From Bacteroidota bacterium (GTDB lineage: Bacteria > Bacteroidota > Bacteroidia > JABDFU01), in the NCBI GenBank assembly GCA_013286805.1, contig JABDEY010000004.1, forward strand, positions 770-58,636: DNA of 57,867 bases, written 5' to 3'. Shown here piece by piece: positions 1-10,149 of this stretch. A program made the translations under genes and the position numbers. Each line of letters opens with the position of its first letter. The stretch's first letter is position 1. The notes beneath the pieces are model-generated. The model did not search any database and was not told where the DNA came from. It worked only from the letters and a program-made list of their open reading frames with translations.

Positions 1-723
1 CAGGAAGCTGTGTTTGTTCCCCTGGAAACGATCAAGGAAAGTTTACCTGACTTTTTTATTTTATTTCAGCCTAAGGATGTGGTCAGCGGCGATTTTTACT
101 GGGAGCACAAAAAAAACGGGAAAGTGGTTTTTGCTTTGGCTGACTGTACCGGACATGGTGTTCCCGGAGCCTTTATGTCTATCATTGGTTATAACCTGCT
201 TAATAATATTGTGAAGGACAAAGGGTTTACCACACCGTCCATAATCCTGGATGAGTTAAGCAAGGAAATTACAGAGACGCTGAATCCCAATTCGGATGGC
301 AGAAAAGTGAAGGACGGTATGGATATAGCTATCTGTGCGTACAATCCGGTTACTAAAATCCTGGAGTTTGCCGGGGCACATAATGCGATGTACCATGTTC
401 GCAAGGGTGAATTAAAGGAATACAAATCTGACAAGCAGCCTATAGGAAAAACGATTATGCATGATGCTGCCTTTAAGTTTACCAACTCCTTGATTAATAT
501 TGAGAGCGGTGATCTGATTTATTTATTCACGGATGGTTATGCAGATGCCATCGGCGGTCCGAAGCGGACCAAATTCTTCTACCCTCCTTTCCGCAAGCTA
601 TTATGCGAAATTTCCACTTTGCCGCTTGATCAGCAGCAAAAGAAACTGGATGAGACGATCAATGAATGGCTTGGTGAAAGAGATCAGGTGGATGATATTG
701 CTGTGATGGGTGTGAGGTTTTAG
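1..723 (+). CDS. SpoIIE/PP2C-family Ser/Thr phosphatase, C-terminal part (gene starts left of the window)
   Basis: Frame open from base 1. Motifs PKDVVSGDFYW, ADCTGHGVPGAFMS, DGMDIA, FTDGYAD and QVDDIAVMGV carry the metal-binding Asp residues. Confidence 0.93.
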   Translation, partial: QEAVFVPLETIKESLPDFFILFQPKDVVSGDFYWEHKKNGKVVFALADCTGHGVPGAFMSIIGYNLLNNIVKDKGFTTPSIILDELSKEITETLNPNSDGRKVKDGMDIAICAYNPVTKILEFAGAHNAMYHVRKGELKEYKSDKQPIGKTIMHDAAFKFTNSLINIESGDLIYLFTDGYADAIGGPKRTKFFYPPFRKLLCEISTLPLDQQQKKLDETINEWLGERDQVDDIAVMGVRF

Positions 724-760
724 TCTACTGCTCTGGAGACTATGTCTGTGGCCGGGCTTA

Positions 761-1504
761 TCAGGCTAGCTCCTCTATAACTGTTTCTATTACCCCGAGT
801 GTCCGATAGAGTTGTTCGTAGGATTGAATCACGAAATATTTTTGCTGTAGTATATCTGTCCGAAAGGAGGTGTGCATGATTTCCCTGATGTCGAAGTCAA
901 TCTGCTCTGGCTTTTCGCTCATGCAATTCTCTGTCTCACTGGATGAAGAAATTATACCGGCTCCGTATATTTTTACCTGCCCCTGTTCCCGGATCAGGCC
1001 AAATTCAATTGTGAACCAGTATACCCGCCCCAGCATTTCAATGACCCGCTGATCATTGATGTGTTTGAGTGCAATCCGGCTGATACCTTCAAAAAAAGAG
1101 GTATAATACTTATTGGCCAGTAAAGGTGCGTGGCCAAATACATCATGAAACATGTCAGGCTCTTCAAGGTAATCGAGTTGCTCCATCGAGCGCAGCCAAC
1201 ACGATGCTGTAAACTTTTTTTGTGACAGGAATGCGAAAAATTCCTTCTGAGGTGAAATGCAGGGCACTACGGTCAGACTCCAGCCAGTTAAAGGTTTCAG
1301 CCGCTTCTCAATTTCTTTGAAATCAGGTATTTTATCCGCTGTGAAGCCTATTTCTTTTAAGGCCCCAAGGTATTCCTGTGAAATTTTGGCTTTTAAATTA
1401 ACCTGTTGCCTGTTAAAAAGCAGCTTCCATACTTTGAAATCTTCTTCGGTGTAATTTTGATAAACCTGAGTTAATGGCCGCTGAACAGGTGATTTGAATT
1501 TCAT
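761..1504 (-). CDS. phhA: Phenylalanine 4-monooxygenase
   Basis: PDMFHDVFGHAPLL (two Fe-binding His), YWFTIEFGL and YGAGIISS are typical of aromatic amino-acid hydroxylases. Confidence 0.93.
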   Translation of the reverse strand: MKFKSPVQRPLTQVYQNYTEEDFKVWKLLFNRQQVNLKAKISQEYLGALKEIGFTADKIPDFKEIEKRLKPLTGWSLTVVPCISPQKEFFAFLSQKKFTASCWLRSMEQLDYLEEPDMFHDVFGHAPLLANKYYTSFFEGISRIALKHINDQRVIEMLGRVYWFTIEFGLIREQGQVKIYGAGIISSSSETENCMSEKPEQIDFDIREIMHTSFRTDILQQKYFVIQSYEQLYRTLGVIETVIEELA

Positions 1505-1561
1505 TATAAAACTATTTTAAATGCCCTTCGGGTACGAAAGTACTGTAAATTTACGCTCTGT

Positions 1562-2827
1562 ATGATGATTGGCAAAAAAACTGTTGTTGTTATCGGGGGC
1601 GGCGCCTCCGGTTTTTTTTGTGCGGTGAACTGTGCAAGGCTGAATCCGGAATTAAAGGTGACGCTGCTGGAGAGATCTTCTAAACTATTGGCTAAGGTGA
1701 GGGTGTCTGGTGGAGGAAGATGTAATGTCACGCATTCCTGTTTTGATAATCGGGAGTTGGTTAAAAATTATCCGCGTGGTCAAAAGGAATTGCTAAGCGC
1801 TTTCAATCGGTTTTCCGTTGCTGAGACTATTAAATGGTTTGAGGACAGGGGTGTGAAACTGAAAACGGAAGATGATGGAAGGATGTTTCCCATAAGCGAT
1901 AGTTCGGAGTCTGTTATCAGTTGCCTGATGGAGGAAGCCCGGAAATATGGGGTTGATATACGACTGAATTGTGATGTAATTCAGATTTCGCATAGCATTG
2001 CTGAAGCTGATCGTGCTGGGGGTAATGGTACTGAGAGTGTTTTTAAACTTTCATTGGTTCATGGAGAACCTGTTTCATGTGATGTGTTGGTGATAGCAAC
2101 AGGGGGGCGGCCAAAAGAAAGTGGATATGATTGGTTGCTTTCTTCCGGACACGGCATTGAGAAACCTGTTCCTTCTTTATTTACTTTCAATATTCCGGAT
2201 AAGGTGCTTATTGGTTTAATGGGTGTGTCTGTTCAGCACGCCAGGGTCAGAATAAAGGGCCACAAGCTGGAAAGCGAGGGGCCGCTGCTTATTACACACT
2301 GGGGTATGAGCGGGCCTGCTGTATTGAAATTATCAGCCTGGGGTGCCCGGTTGCTGAATGATCTGAATTATCACTTTACAATTCAAGTAAGCTGGCTGCC
2401 AAACTTTACGGAGGAAAAACTCCGGATTGATTTTGAGGGAAAGCGCAGGTTGAATGGTGCTAAACTTTTATCCAATATCCTGCCTGAAGGGATTCCCAGG
2501 AATCTATGGGAGTACCTGATTTCTAAGGCTGGAATAGCAGATGGACTGCGATCTGCGGACCTGACGAATAAACAAATGAATATGCTTATTAATGTTTTGC
2601 TAAACGATGAATATGTTGTTTCAGGTAAGACTACTTTCAAGGAGGAATTTGTTACTTGTGGTGGCGTTAAGCTGGGGGATATAGATTTTAAAACCATGCA
2701 GAGCAAAAAGATTCCGGGTCTCTATTTTACGGGTGAGGTTTTGGATATTGACGGGGTAACAGGGGGCTTTAATTTTCAGAATGCCTGGACTACGGGGTGG
2801 TTGGCGGCGATGGATATAGGAAGGTAA
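1562..2827 (+). CDS. HI0933/YhiN (BaiN-like) NAD(P)/FAD-dependent oxidoreductase
   Basis: GGGASG FAD motif, KVRVSGGGRCNVT, GPLLITHWGMSGPAVL, EEFVTCGGV, GEVLDIDGVTGGFNFQNAW. Confidence 0.92.
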   Translation: MMIGKKTVVVIGGGASGFFCAVNCARLNPELKVTLLERSSKLLAKVRVSGGGRCNVTHSCFDNRELVKNYPRGQKELLSAFNRFSVAETIKWFEDRGVKLKTEDDGRMFPISDSSESVISCLMEEARKYGVDIRLNCDVIQISHSIAEADRAGGNGTESVFKLSLVHGEPVSCDVLVIATGGRPKESGYDWLLSSGHGIEKPVPSLFTFNIPDKVLIGLMGVSVQHARVRIKGHKLESEGPLLITHWGMSGPAVLKLSAWGARLLNDLNYHFTIQVSWLPNFTEEKLRIDFEGKRRLNGAKLLSNILPEGIPRNLWEYLISKAGIADGLRSADLTNKQMNMLINVLLNDEYVVSGKTTFKEEFVTCGGVKLGDIDFKTMQSKKIPGLYFTGEVLDIDGVTGGFNFQNAWTTGWLAAMDIGR

Positions 2828-2943
2828 CTCTTCAATTGCATGCCTGCCAATAAATACAGCATTGTCAATAATTTGTGCTTTTTGTTTGCCCGGTCTGCAG
2901 TGAACTCCGATTTTCTTGTTTTGGCGCTTGGGTAGAGATACAT

Positions 2944-3110
2944 TTATCTGTAAACATCTTTTCGGTCGCCTATCTGCCGAATGTCTACTATTTTTATTTC
3001 ATCATCTATCGTATAAAGTATCCGGTATCTCCTACCCGGATTCGCCATAAATCTTCGTAAGTTGTGCCTTTTAGTTTTGTACATCCCAGGGGACGTGGGT
3101 TATTTGCCAA
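2944..3110 (-). pseudogene. RelE/StbE-family toxin remnant (no N-terminus, one frameshift)
   Basis: Hand translation of the minus strand gives LANNPRPLGCTKLKGTTYEDLWRIRVGD / RILYTIDDEIKIVDIRQIGDRKDVYR*, with a 1-nt deletion near 3026 in the GDYR motif. Not in the ORF track. Confidence 0.8.
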
Positions 3111-3270
3111 TTACAATAAAACAATAAGTCCTCCAATATTATTACCAAAGTTCTTTAAGCGTTAAGAAAAATTAAAAACTACACCGACACCATCACTTTT
3201 TTACTTAAAAAGCATGACGTCCGACGGAAATATGCTAAAACAGAACTAAAATGTTAAATTGCAGCATATT

Positions 3271-4242
3271 ATGAAAAATTCCAAAATACCAGAACCCGGA
3301 CAAACAGAGAGTGACCTGGGCTTTGGCGCAAAGGACCATGTAAAGGGCCGCAGGGGTCTCAATAAGGATGGCAGCTTTAACGTTATAAGGGAAGGAGTTC
3401 CGCTTGTGAATTCCTTTGAGACTTATCACAGGCTGATTTCCATGTCCTGGATGAAATTTAATGTTCTGGTACTGTCTTTTTATCTGGTTGCCAATTTGCT
3501 GTTTGCCTGCATTTATCTGTTAGTTGGCATGGACGGTCTTCAGGGAATCGTGGCCCATTCTTTCAAGGATAATTTTTATGAGGCATTTTTCTTCAGCGCG
3601 CAAACATTAACCACTGTCGGCTATGGCCGGATAAGCCCTATAGGTCATGCTGCAGGGGCGGTCGCTGCTGTTGAATCCATGATGGGCCTGCTGGGTTTTG
3701 CATTGGCAACGGGTGTGTTGTATGGACGGTTCTCCAGGCCGGAAGCAAGAATAAAATACAGCGAGAACGCACTGATTGCTCCGTATAAAAAAATAACTGC
3801 CCTTATGTTCCGCATTGTGAATGAGCGGAAAAATCAACTAATAGAGGTAGAATCAGCCCTTTCAATTTCCATGCGGGATGAAAGCAACCCTAAAAACAGA
3901 AAATTTTTTAACCTGAAACTCGAATTGACGAAAATCAACTTCTTTCCTCTGAGCTGGACCATTGTTCATCCAATTGACGAAAGTAGTCCCTTATGGGGTA
4001 TGACTGAGCTGGAATTTCAGAATAGTGATATTGAGTTAATTTCACTTATTAAGGCTTTTGACGATACCTTTTCACAAACTGTCTATGACAGAAGTTCCTA
4101 CAAATACCATGAATTGGTCTGGGGTGCTAAATTTATCCCGATGACAGAATTTACTGATAAAGGAACTATTCTGAGAATTGACAAAATAAATGCGTTTGAA
4201 AAGGTTCAATTACCTGTTGATCAACTACCGGTTATTGAATAG
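3271..4242 (+). CDS. Inward-rectifier potassium channel (KirBac-like)
   Basis: Two TM helices around the TTVGYG selectivity filter, RFSRPEARIKYSENALI, and a cytoplasmic domain with FFPLSWTIVHPIDESSPL. ATG at 3271 preferred over the TTG at 3259. Confidence 0.9.
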   Translation: MKNSKIPEPGQTESDLGFGAKDHVKGRRGLNKDGSFNVIREGVPLVNSFETYHRLISMSWMKFNVLVLSFYLVANLLFACIYLLVGMDGLQGIVAHSFKDNFYEAFFFSAQTLTTVGYGRISPIGHAAGAVAAVESMMGLLGFALATGVLYGRFSRPEARIKYSENALIAPYKKITALMFRIVNERKNQLIEVESALSISMRDESNPKNRKFFNLKLELTKINFFPLSWTIVHPIDESSPLWGMTELEFQNSDIELISLIKAFDDTFSQTVYDRSSYKYHELVWGAKFIPMTEFTDKGTILRIDKINAFEKVQLPVDQLPVIE

Positions 4243-4288
4243 TTTTTAATACTTTAGCTCAACAAAAAACCTCTTAAAATTTACTACT

Positions 4289-5233
4289 ATGAAAGTAACC
4301 GTTGTAGGTGCAGGCAATGTCGGAGCGACCTGTGCTGATGTTATTGCTCAGAAAGAATTAGCCAATGAAGTTATTTTGGTTGACATCAAGGAAAATTATG
4401 CCGAAGGTAAGGCCCTTGACATCTGGCAGACGGCTCCTGTAAAAATGTATGATACCCGTATCAAGGGTTCTACCAACGATTACAGTAAAACAGCAGACTC
4501 CGAAGTAGTCGTCATCACTTCCGGACTGCCCCGTAAACCGGGAATGAGCAGGGATGATCTTATTTCTACCAATGCCGGTATTGTTAAATCGGTGACTGAA
4601 AATATTATCCGCTACTCTCCAAAAGCCAAGATCATTGTTGTTTCAAACCCACTGGATGTAATGACTTATTGTGCTTATCTCGCGGCCAAAGTTGATTCGA
4701 AAAGGGTATTCGGCATGGCCGGCATACTTGATACAGCGAGGTACCGGGCGTTTCTGGCTGAGGCGCTGAATTGCTCTCCTAAAGATATTCAGGCTGTGTT
4801 AATGGGCGGTCACGGAGATACCATGGTTCCGCTTCCCCGCTATACTACTGTTGCCGGGATACCAGTAACTGAACTTATTGCAAAGGATAAACTGGACGCC
4901 ATCATTGAACGTACCAAGAAAGGCGGAGGTGAAATTGTAAATATGCTTGGCACTTCGGCCTGGTATGCTCCTGGTGCGTCGGCAGCTCAGATGGTGGAGG
5001 CAATTGTGCGGGATCAGAAACGCATTTTTCCTGTTTGTGCATTGCTGAACGGTGAATATGGACATAAGGGTATTTACCTGGGTGTGCCCGTTAAATTAGG
5101 GAAAAACGGCATTGAAGAAATCATTGAGTTAAAACTGAATGAAGAAGAGACGAAACTATTGAATGCTTCTGCTAAAGCGGTGAAGGAAGTGATGGATGTG
5201 CTGGATAATATGAATAAAGTGGTCGCTAAGTAG
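4289..5233 (+). CDS. mdh: Malate dehydrogenase (LDH-like)
   Basis: GAGNVG, RKPGMSRDDL substrate loop, VSNPLD, LDTARY, GGHGD. Confidence 0.95.
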   Translation: MKVTVVGAGNVGATCADVIAQKELANEVILVDIKENYAEGKALDIWQTAPVKMYDTRIKGSTNDYSKTADSEVVVITSGLPRKPGMSRDDLISTNAGIVKSVTENIIRYSPKAKIIVVSNPLDVMTYCAYLAAKVDSKRVFGMAGILDTARYRAFLAEALNCSPKDIQAVLMGGHGDTMVPLPRYTTVAGIPVTELIAKDKLDAIIERTKKGGGEIVNMLGTSAWYAPGASAAQMVEAIVRDQKRIFPVCALLNGEYGHKGIYLGVPVKLGKNGIEEIIELKLNEEETKLLNASAKAVKEVMDVLDNMNKVVAK

Positions 5234-5305
5234 GATACTTACGCACTACTGACGTTGGTTAATATCGTGTTCACCCAATGTTAATAACCGGATGCGTTAT
5301 TGCAT

Positions 5306-5313
5306 TACATTTG
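5306..5313 (+). promoter_or_regulatory. Bacteroidota primary-sigma -7 element (TACATTTG) for dnaB
   Basis: Matches TAnnTTTG, 22 nt upstream of the ATG. It lies inside a GGATGC...GCATCC inverted repeat. Confidence 0.6.
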
Positions 5314-5335
5314 CATCCCGTAAAAATTATTCCTA

Positions 5336-6871
5336 ATGACAGAAACTGACCTGAAAGATACCTCCCGCAGAAGAATTTCCAAACCAGGTCTGATCAGTCA
5401 GCAACTGAATGAAATTGGTAAAATGCCGCCCCAGGCGGTTGAACTGGAGGAGGCTGTTTTAGGGGCTCTGATGCTGGAGAAAGATGCCTTAACGAATGTC
5501 ATCGATATTTTAGTTCCCAAAAGTTTCTACAGGGAGTCGCACCAGAAAATATTTCAGGCTATACAGGATTTGTTTGGAAAGGGTGAACCTGTTGATATTC
5601 TTACGGTCACTCAGGAGCTGAAAAAAAAGGGGGAATTGGAGATTGCAGGCGGGGCCTTTTATATTTCCCAGCTCACCAACCGTGTGGCATCAGCTGCCAA
5701 TGCTGAATTTCATGCCCGTATAATTGCACAGAAATATATTCAACGGGAGTTGATACGTATTTCGTCTGATACTATTCGTGATGCTTACGAAGAAACATCG
5801 GATGTTTTCGACCTGCTGGATAAAGCAGAAGGTAACCTCTACTCTATTGTATCCGGAAATATCCGGAAGAATTATGACAAGATGAGCACCCTTATCGGGA
5901 AAGCCATCGTACAGATTGAAGCGGCACGTAACCAGAAAACAGGTGTGACCGGTATTGAAAGTGGGTTTACAGAACTCGACCGCCTGACTTCCGGGTGGCA
6001 AAAATCGGATCTTGTTATTATTGCTGCCCGCCCTGCCATGGGTAAAACTGCTTTCGTGATCTCTCTGGCCAGAAATGCGGCCGTTGATTTTGCAAGGCCT
6101 GTTGCCATTTTCTCTCTTGAGATGTCTTCTGTACAATTGGTTAACCGTCTCATTTCGAGTGAAGCTGAAATCCCTGCAGAAAAAATCAAGAAAGGTCAGA
6201 TGGAGGAGCATGAGTTCCAGCAGATGCATGCCCGGATTCCAAAATTGTCTGAAGCTCCTATATTTATTGATGATACTCCTGCTTTGTCCATATTTGAACT
6301 GCGTGCCAAAGCGAGAAGGTTAAAACAAAAAGATAATATCTGTCTTATAATTGTGGATTATTTACAGTTGATGCATGCGGGCGGTGATACCAAAGGCGGT
6401 AACAGGGAACAGGAAATCAGCGCTATTTCACGTTCGCTTAAAAGCCTTGCCAAAGAGCTGGAGATTCCGGTTCTTGCGCTCTCTCAGCTGAGTCGTGCAG
6501 TTGAAACCAGAGGCGGGGATAAAAAACCGCAATTGTCTGACCTACGTGAATCAGGTGCTATTGAACAGGACGCGGATATGGTGCTGTTTATTCACCGTCC
6601 CGAATATTATGGTTTGACGCAGGATGGGGAAGGGAACCCGACTAACGGGGTGGCTGAAATTATTATTGCCAAACACCGTAACGGTCCTACCGGTAGCGTG
6701 AAACTTAAATTCATTGACCGTTTTGCCAAGTTCACGGATATGGACAGCAGTAATTATAATTACAATGCTTCTGCGGGATTGGAACCTTCTTCTGACTTCA
6801 ACTCGCCTCCGCCTCCAAACACGATCACAAGGGGCTCGAAGATGAATGATATTGAGGAAGATCCTTTTTAG
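5336..6871 (+). CDS. dnaB: Replicative DNA helicase
   Basis: MPPQAVELEEAVLGALM, Walker A AARPAMGKT, IVDYLQLM, ALSQLSRAVE, DLRESGAIEQDAD, IIAKHRNGP. No intein. Confidence 0.97.
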   Translation: MTETDLKDTSRRRISKPGLISQQLNEIGKMPPQAVELEEAVLGALMLEKDALTNVIDILVPKSFYRESHQKIFQAIQDLFGKGEPVDILTVTQELKKKGELEIAGGAFYISQLTNRVASAANAEFHARIIAQKYIQRELIRISSDTIRDAYEETSDVFDLLDKAEGNLYSIVSGNIRKNYDKMSTLIGKAIVQIEAARNQKTGVTGIESGFTELDRLTSGWQKSDLVIIAARPAMGKTAFVISLARNAAVDFARPVAIFSLEMSSVQLVNRLISSEAEIPAEKIKKGQMEEHEFQQMHARIPKLSEAPIFIDDTPALSIFELRAKARRLKQKDNICLIIVDYLQLMHAGGDTKGGNREQEISAISRSLKSLAKELEIPVLALSQLSRAVETRGGDKKPQLSDLRESGAIEQDADMVLFIHRPEYYGLTQDGEGNPTNGVAEIIIAKHRNGPTGSVKLKFIDRFAKFTDMDSSNYNYNASAGLEPSSDFNSPPPPNTITRGSKMNDIEEDPF

Positions 6872-6986
6872 TCTGACTTATGCCCGAAGGGCGCTGGTAA
6901 GACTTGGTATCGCAGCTACTTAGTCGCTTTCGCACAGACTGGCTCAACCATCCACTGGCTGGTTGCCCTGCCCGAAGGGTGAAAAA

Positions 6987-8336
6987 TTATGTTGGACGGG
7001 ATTTATTTTCACGGAATCTGGAGAATGACACTGCAGCCATTATACAAAGCGTAGCCCCAAATACTCCGTTTAGCCTCAGACCAAAATCGTTATCCGGATC
7101 CTTGCCATAGAGCGTAAGCATGGCGAACAGGGAGATTCCAAAGGTTTGGCCGAGTTTTACAACAAAATATTTTACGGCAAAATATAAGCCCTCTTTATTT
7201 TCTCCGGTCCGTGTTGCATCCTGCTCAGCAATTTCCGCTAAAATAGCTGTTGGCAATATACCAAGGGAGGCTAATGGGAATCCTGCCAGTACTACCATAC
7301 TGTATATTTGCACAACTGGTGATACAGGAAGTTTGCCTAGAAAATAAATAAAAACAAAAATTCCGGATAGCATGACAAATGAGTAGAGCACAATATTTTT
7401 TTTACCAAATTTTGCAGCAAGCAGGTTGATGAGCGGATAAAACAGTAATGATACAGCAACCATAATACCCATCAGTATAACGCCCATTGATTCGGGCAGC
7501 CGGCACAAAACTGTTAAATAAAACAGCAGACCGCTTGTTATTATGTAAAGGGCCATATAATAGGAAAAATCAGCTAAAACATAATACCGGAAGTTCCGGC
7601 TCAGAAATGCCTGCTTCATGGCAGGGATGATTGGCGAGCCGGATGGTTGTGCTTTGCAGTATTTTCTTTCATTTATAAAAACGGCGGGAATAAACATCCC
7701 TGTTCCGGCAAGGGCAACTAAACTCCTGATTGCATATTGTACTGCTTCCATCCGATTTTCAACATGGAAAGTGTTTTGAAAAAAATCCGCAATATTATTC
7801 ACGGATGCGGCAAATACAATTCCAAGTGCAAATCCAACCTGTTGAAATGTTGATAGCCGCACTTTATCTGAAGAGGAATGGGCCAATTCAGGCATCAAGG
7901 CATTATAGGGAATAATGTACGTTGTTGCAGAAACAAAGAAAAGCAGGAGCGTGATGCTCAGCCACCAGGCATTTCCTGTATTCGCGGATCGGGTTATGGG
8001 AATAAAAACAAAGCAACAAAATAGTAAAGAGGGAATTACGCTTACTAACATAAATGGAATCCGTCTGCCCTTTTTGCTTTTTGTCCTGTCACTTAATTGA
8101 CCAATGAAGGGATCGTAAAAAGCATCAAACAGCCGGCCGGCCGAAGTAATAATAGCTAATAAGTTAAATACACCGAGTATAACAAACTGGGGCAGTAAAG
8201 GAATCAGGCCCGAATTGGAAGGAGGCAAATAAAAGTAAGGGAGTACAACTGCAATAATATTCACGAGCATGCTCCAACCCAGCATTCCGCACATATACGC
8301 TATTTGTAACCGGAGAGGAAATGGGGGCCGGTTCAC
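6987..8336 (-). CDS. MFS transporter, glycoside-pentoside-hexuronide (MelB/MFS_2) type
   Basis: About 12 hydrophobic segments, FDAFYDPFIGQLSDRT..GRRIPF, IPYNALMPEL, EGLYFA. Starts 6 nt after the phosphatase stop. Confidence 0.85.
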   Translation of the reverse strand: MNRPPFPLRLQIAYMCGMLGWSMLVNIIAVVLPYFYLPPSNSGLIPLLPQFVILGVFNLLAIITSAGRLFDAFYDPFIGQLSDRTKSKKGRRIPFMLVSVIPSLLFCCFVFIPITRSANTGNAWWLSITLLLFFVSATTYIIPYNALMPELAHSSSDKVRLSTFQQVGFALGIVFAASVNNIADFFQNTFHVENRMEAVQYAIRSLVALAGTGMFIPAVFINERKYCKAQPSGSPIIPAMKQAFLSRNFRYYVLADFSYYMALYIITSGLLFYLTVLCRLPESMGVILMGIMVAVSLLFYPLINLLAAKFGKKNIVLYSFVMLSGIFVFIYFLGKLPVSPVVQIYSMVVLAGFPLASLGILPTAILAEIAEQDATRTGENKEGLYFAVKYFVVKLGQTFGISLFAMLTLYGKDPDNDFGLRLNGVFGATLCIMAAVSFSRFRENKSRPT

Positions 8337-8342
8337 CGGTTA

Positions 8343-10130
8343 CTATATTCTTACGCCAATAACCAGTATATCATCTACCTGTTCATGGCTTCCTTTCCAT
8401 TCATCCAGCGCCTTTTCCAGCATTACTTTTTGTTCCTCCATAGAGAAGCTGTGAATTTTCAGGATCAGCTCATCAAATTTCTTGACCATGAATTTTTTAC
8501 CAACCGGGCCGCCAAACTGATCAGAAAAGCCATCAGAGAAAATATAAACGGAATCTCCTTTTTTCAATTGTATCTTATGATTGGTAAATTTCTTTTTGTC
8601 CTCATCTACAAAAAATCCAATCGGAAATTTATTGGCTTTGGTTTGCTGCATAACCCCATCCCGTACAATGTACATTGGATTAAATGCACCTGAATACTGC
8701 AATTCCAGCGTTTTGTAATCAATGGCGCAAAGGGCGATATCCATTCCGTCCTTAGTAGAGGATTCATCAATGCCCTGATGCAGGGTTTCTGCAACACCTT
8801 TGTTTACCTGATCGAGAATAGCTGCAGGCTCTATATTCGGGGTGTTGTTAAGTACATGTTTCAGTAAATTATGTCCCACAATGGACATAAAGGCACCGGG
8901 TACTCCATGCCCGGTACAATCGACAGCCGCAAAAATGGTTTTTCCCTCTTTTTGGGACACCCAGTAAAAGTCACCACTGACAATGTCCTTGGGCTTGAAC
9001 AGGACAAAGGAATCGGGCAATACTTTCTTAACATAACTGGCAGGAGGCAAAATAGCATCCTGTAAGCGTTTAGCATACCGTATACTGTCTGTTACATGTT
9101 TGTAAAGAACTTCCAGTTTTTCATTTTGCTTGCCAATCTTTTCCTTTTGCCGAACCACCTCTTCTGTCCGTTCTATTACTTTGGCTTCCAGAATTTGCTC
9201 GTTGGTGTGTAAATCCGAACGCATCTTCAGCAAAGCCCGGCCCAATGAATCTTCTTCGCTCAGAGGTTTATATTCTGAAAAGAAATTACCGCTACCTACT
9301 TCCTTTGCAAATTGCGTGGTGCCTTCCAACCCGTCAATCAGGTTATTGAGGGCGTCCGACATTTCCCCGATTTCGTCATTGCGCTGTTTGATTCTAAAAA
9401 GGGGCAATACTCCATGCCCCATGGATAGCAGCATACTTTTTAGTTCATGAATAGGTCGCACAATGGAGCGAACCGTAAAGAATGCGATTAATACTCCTCC
9501 TACTAGTAAAGTGATCGCTACCCAACGTACAATGGTCTGAAGAAGATTGAATGAACTCAACATTTCGTCGCTGATCTTTACAGAATTCTTCTGCTGTATA
9601 TCAATAAGTTTCGAAAGCTCCGTCAGGGCTTTTTTTGTTCCCTGATCAATTTCATTTTCATCCACCGAATTAACTGCCAGCAACATAATGCTTGGATCTC
9701 CATAGGAATCAAAGGAATTGACACTGTGAATGATTTCTTCGTGTTTGGAGAACAGATCATCCGTTATTTCAAAAATACGGGAAGCTGCATCCTGTTCTTC
9801 TTTGGACCATTGCCTGGCAATCGTGAGGATTTCTTTTTTAAGCTTTGGATAATCATTGTATATCAATAAACGCAGTTCCTTCTTCTCAGGCAATCCATCA
9901 TTACTCTGAAAGTAAACCCATTTCAGGATTAGCATTTTTGACCGGACCAACATCAGGTTGAAGTTCTCTAATTTGCTTACCGAAGGAGCATATACCTCAT
10001 TTATCTTGTCATTGATTGCCCGGCTTCGGTCAATGGTAGACTGGGTGACGATAAAGGAGCTTATCGTGAGCAAAATAAGTATAGCGAACCCTACACCAAT
10101 TTTTCTGCCAATCGAGAATCTAAATTTCAT
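8343..10130 (-). CDS. Membrane sensor phosphatase (TM - 4HB-like periplasmic domain - TM - HAMP(s) - coiled coil - PP2C/SpoIIE), SiaA-like
   Basis: Two TM segments, HAMP (RSIVRPIHEL...DEIGEMSDALNNL), a second HAMP-like unit (EVGSGNF...LGRALLKMR), then PKDIVSGDFYW, DCTGHG, DGMDI, SDG and QVDD. Confidence 0.9.
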   Translation of the reverse strand: MKFRFSIGRKIGVGFAILILLTISSFIVTQSTIDRSRAINDKINEVYAPSVSKLENFNLMLVRSKMLILKWVYFQSNDGLPEKKELRLLIYNDYPKLKKEILTIARQWSKEEQDAASRIFEITDDLFSKHEEIIHSVNSFDSYGDPSIMLLAVNSVDENEIDQGTKKALTELSKLIDIQQKNSVKISDEMLSSFNLLQTIVRWVAITLLVGGVLIAFFTVRSIVRPIHELKSMLLSMGHGVLPLFRIKQRNDEIGEMSDALNNLIDGLEGTTQFAKEVGSGNFFSEYKPLSEEDSLGRALLKMRSDLHTNEQILEAKVIERTEEVVRQKEKIGKQNEKLEVLYKHVTDSIRYAKRLQDAILPPASYVKKVLPDSFVLFKPKDIVSGDFYWVSQKEGKTIFAAVDCTGHGVPGAFMSIVGHNLLKHVLNNTPNIEPAAILDQVNKGVAETLHQGIDESSTKDGMDIALCAIDYKTLELQYSGAFNPMYIVRDGVMQQTKANKFPIGFFVDEDKKKFTNHKIQLKKGDSVYIFSDGFSDQFGGPVGKKFMVKKFDELILKIHSFSMEEQKVMLEKALDEWKGSHEQVDDILVIGVRI

Positions 10131-10149
10131 ACGGCTAAAATTAACAAAA

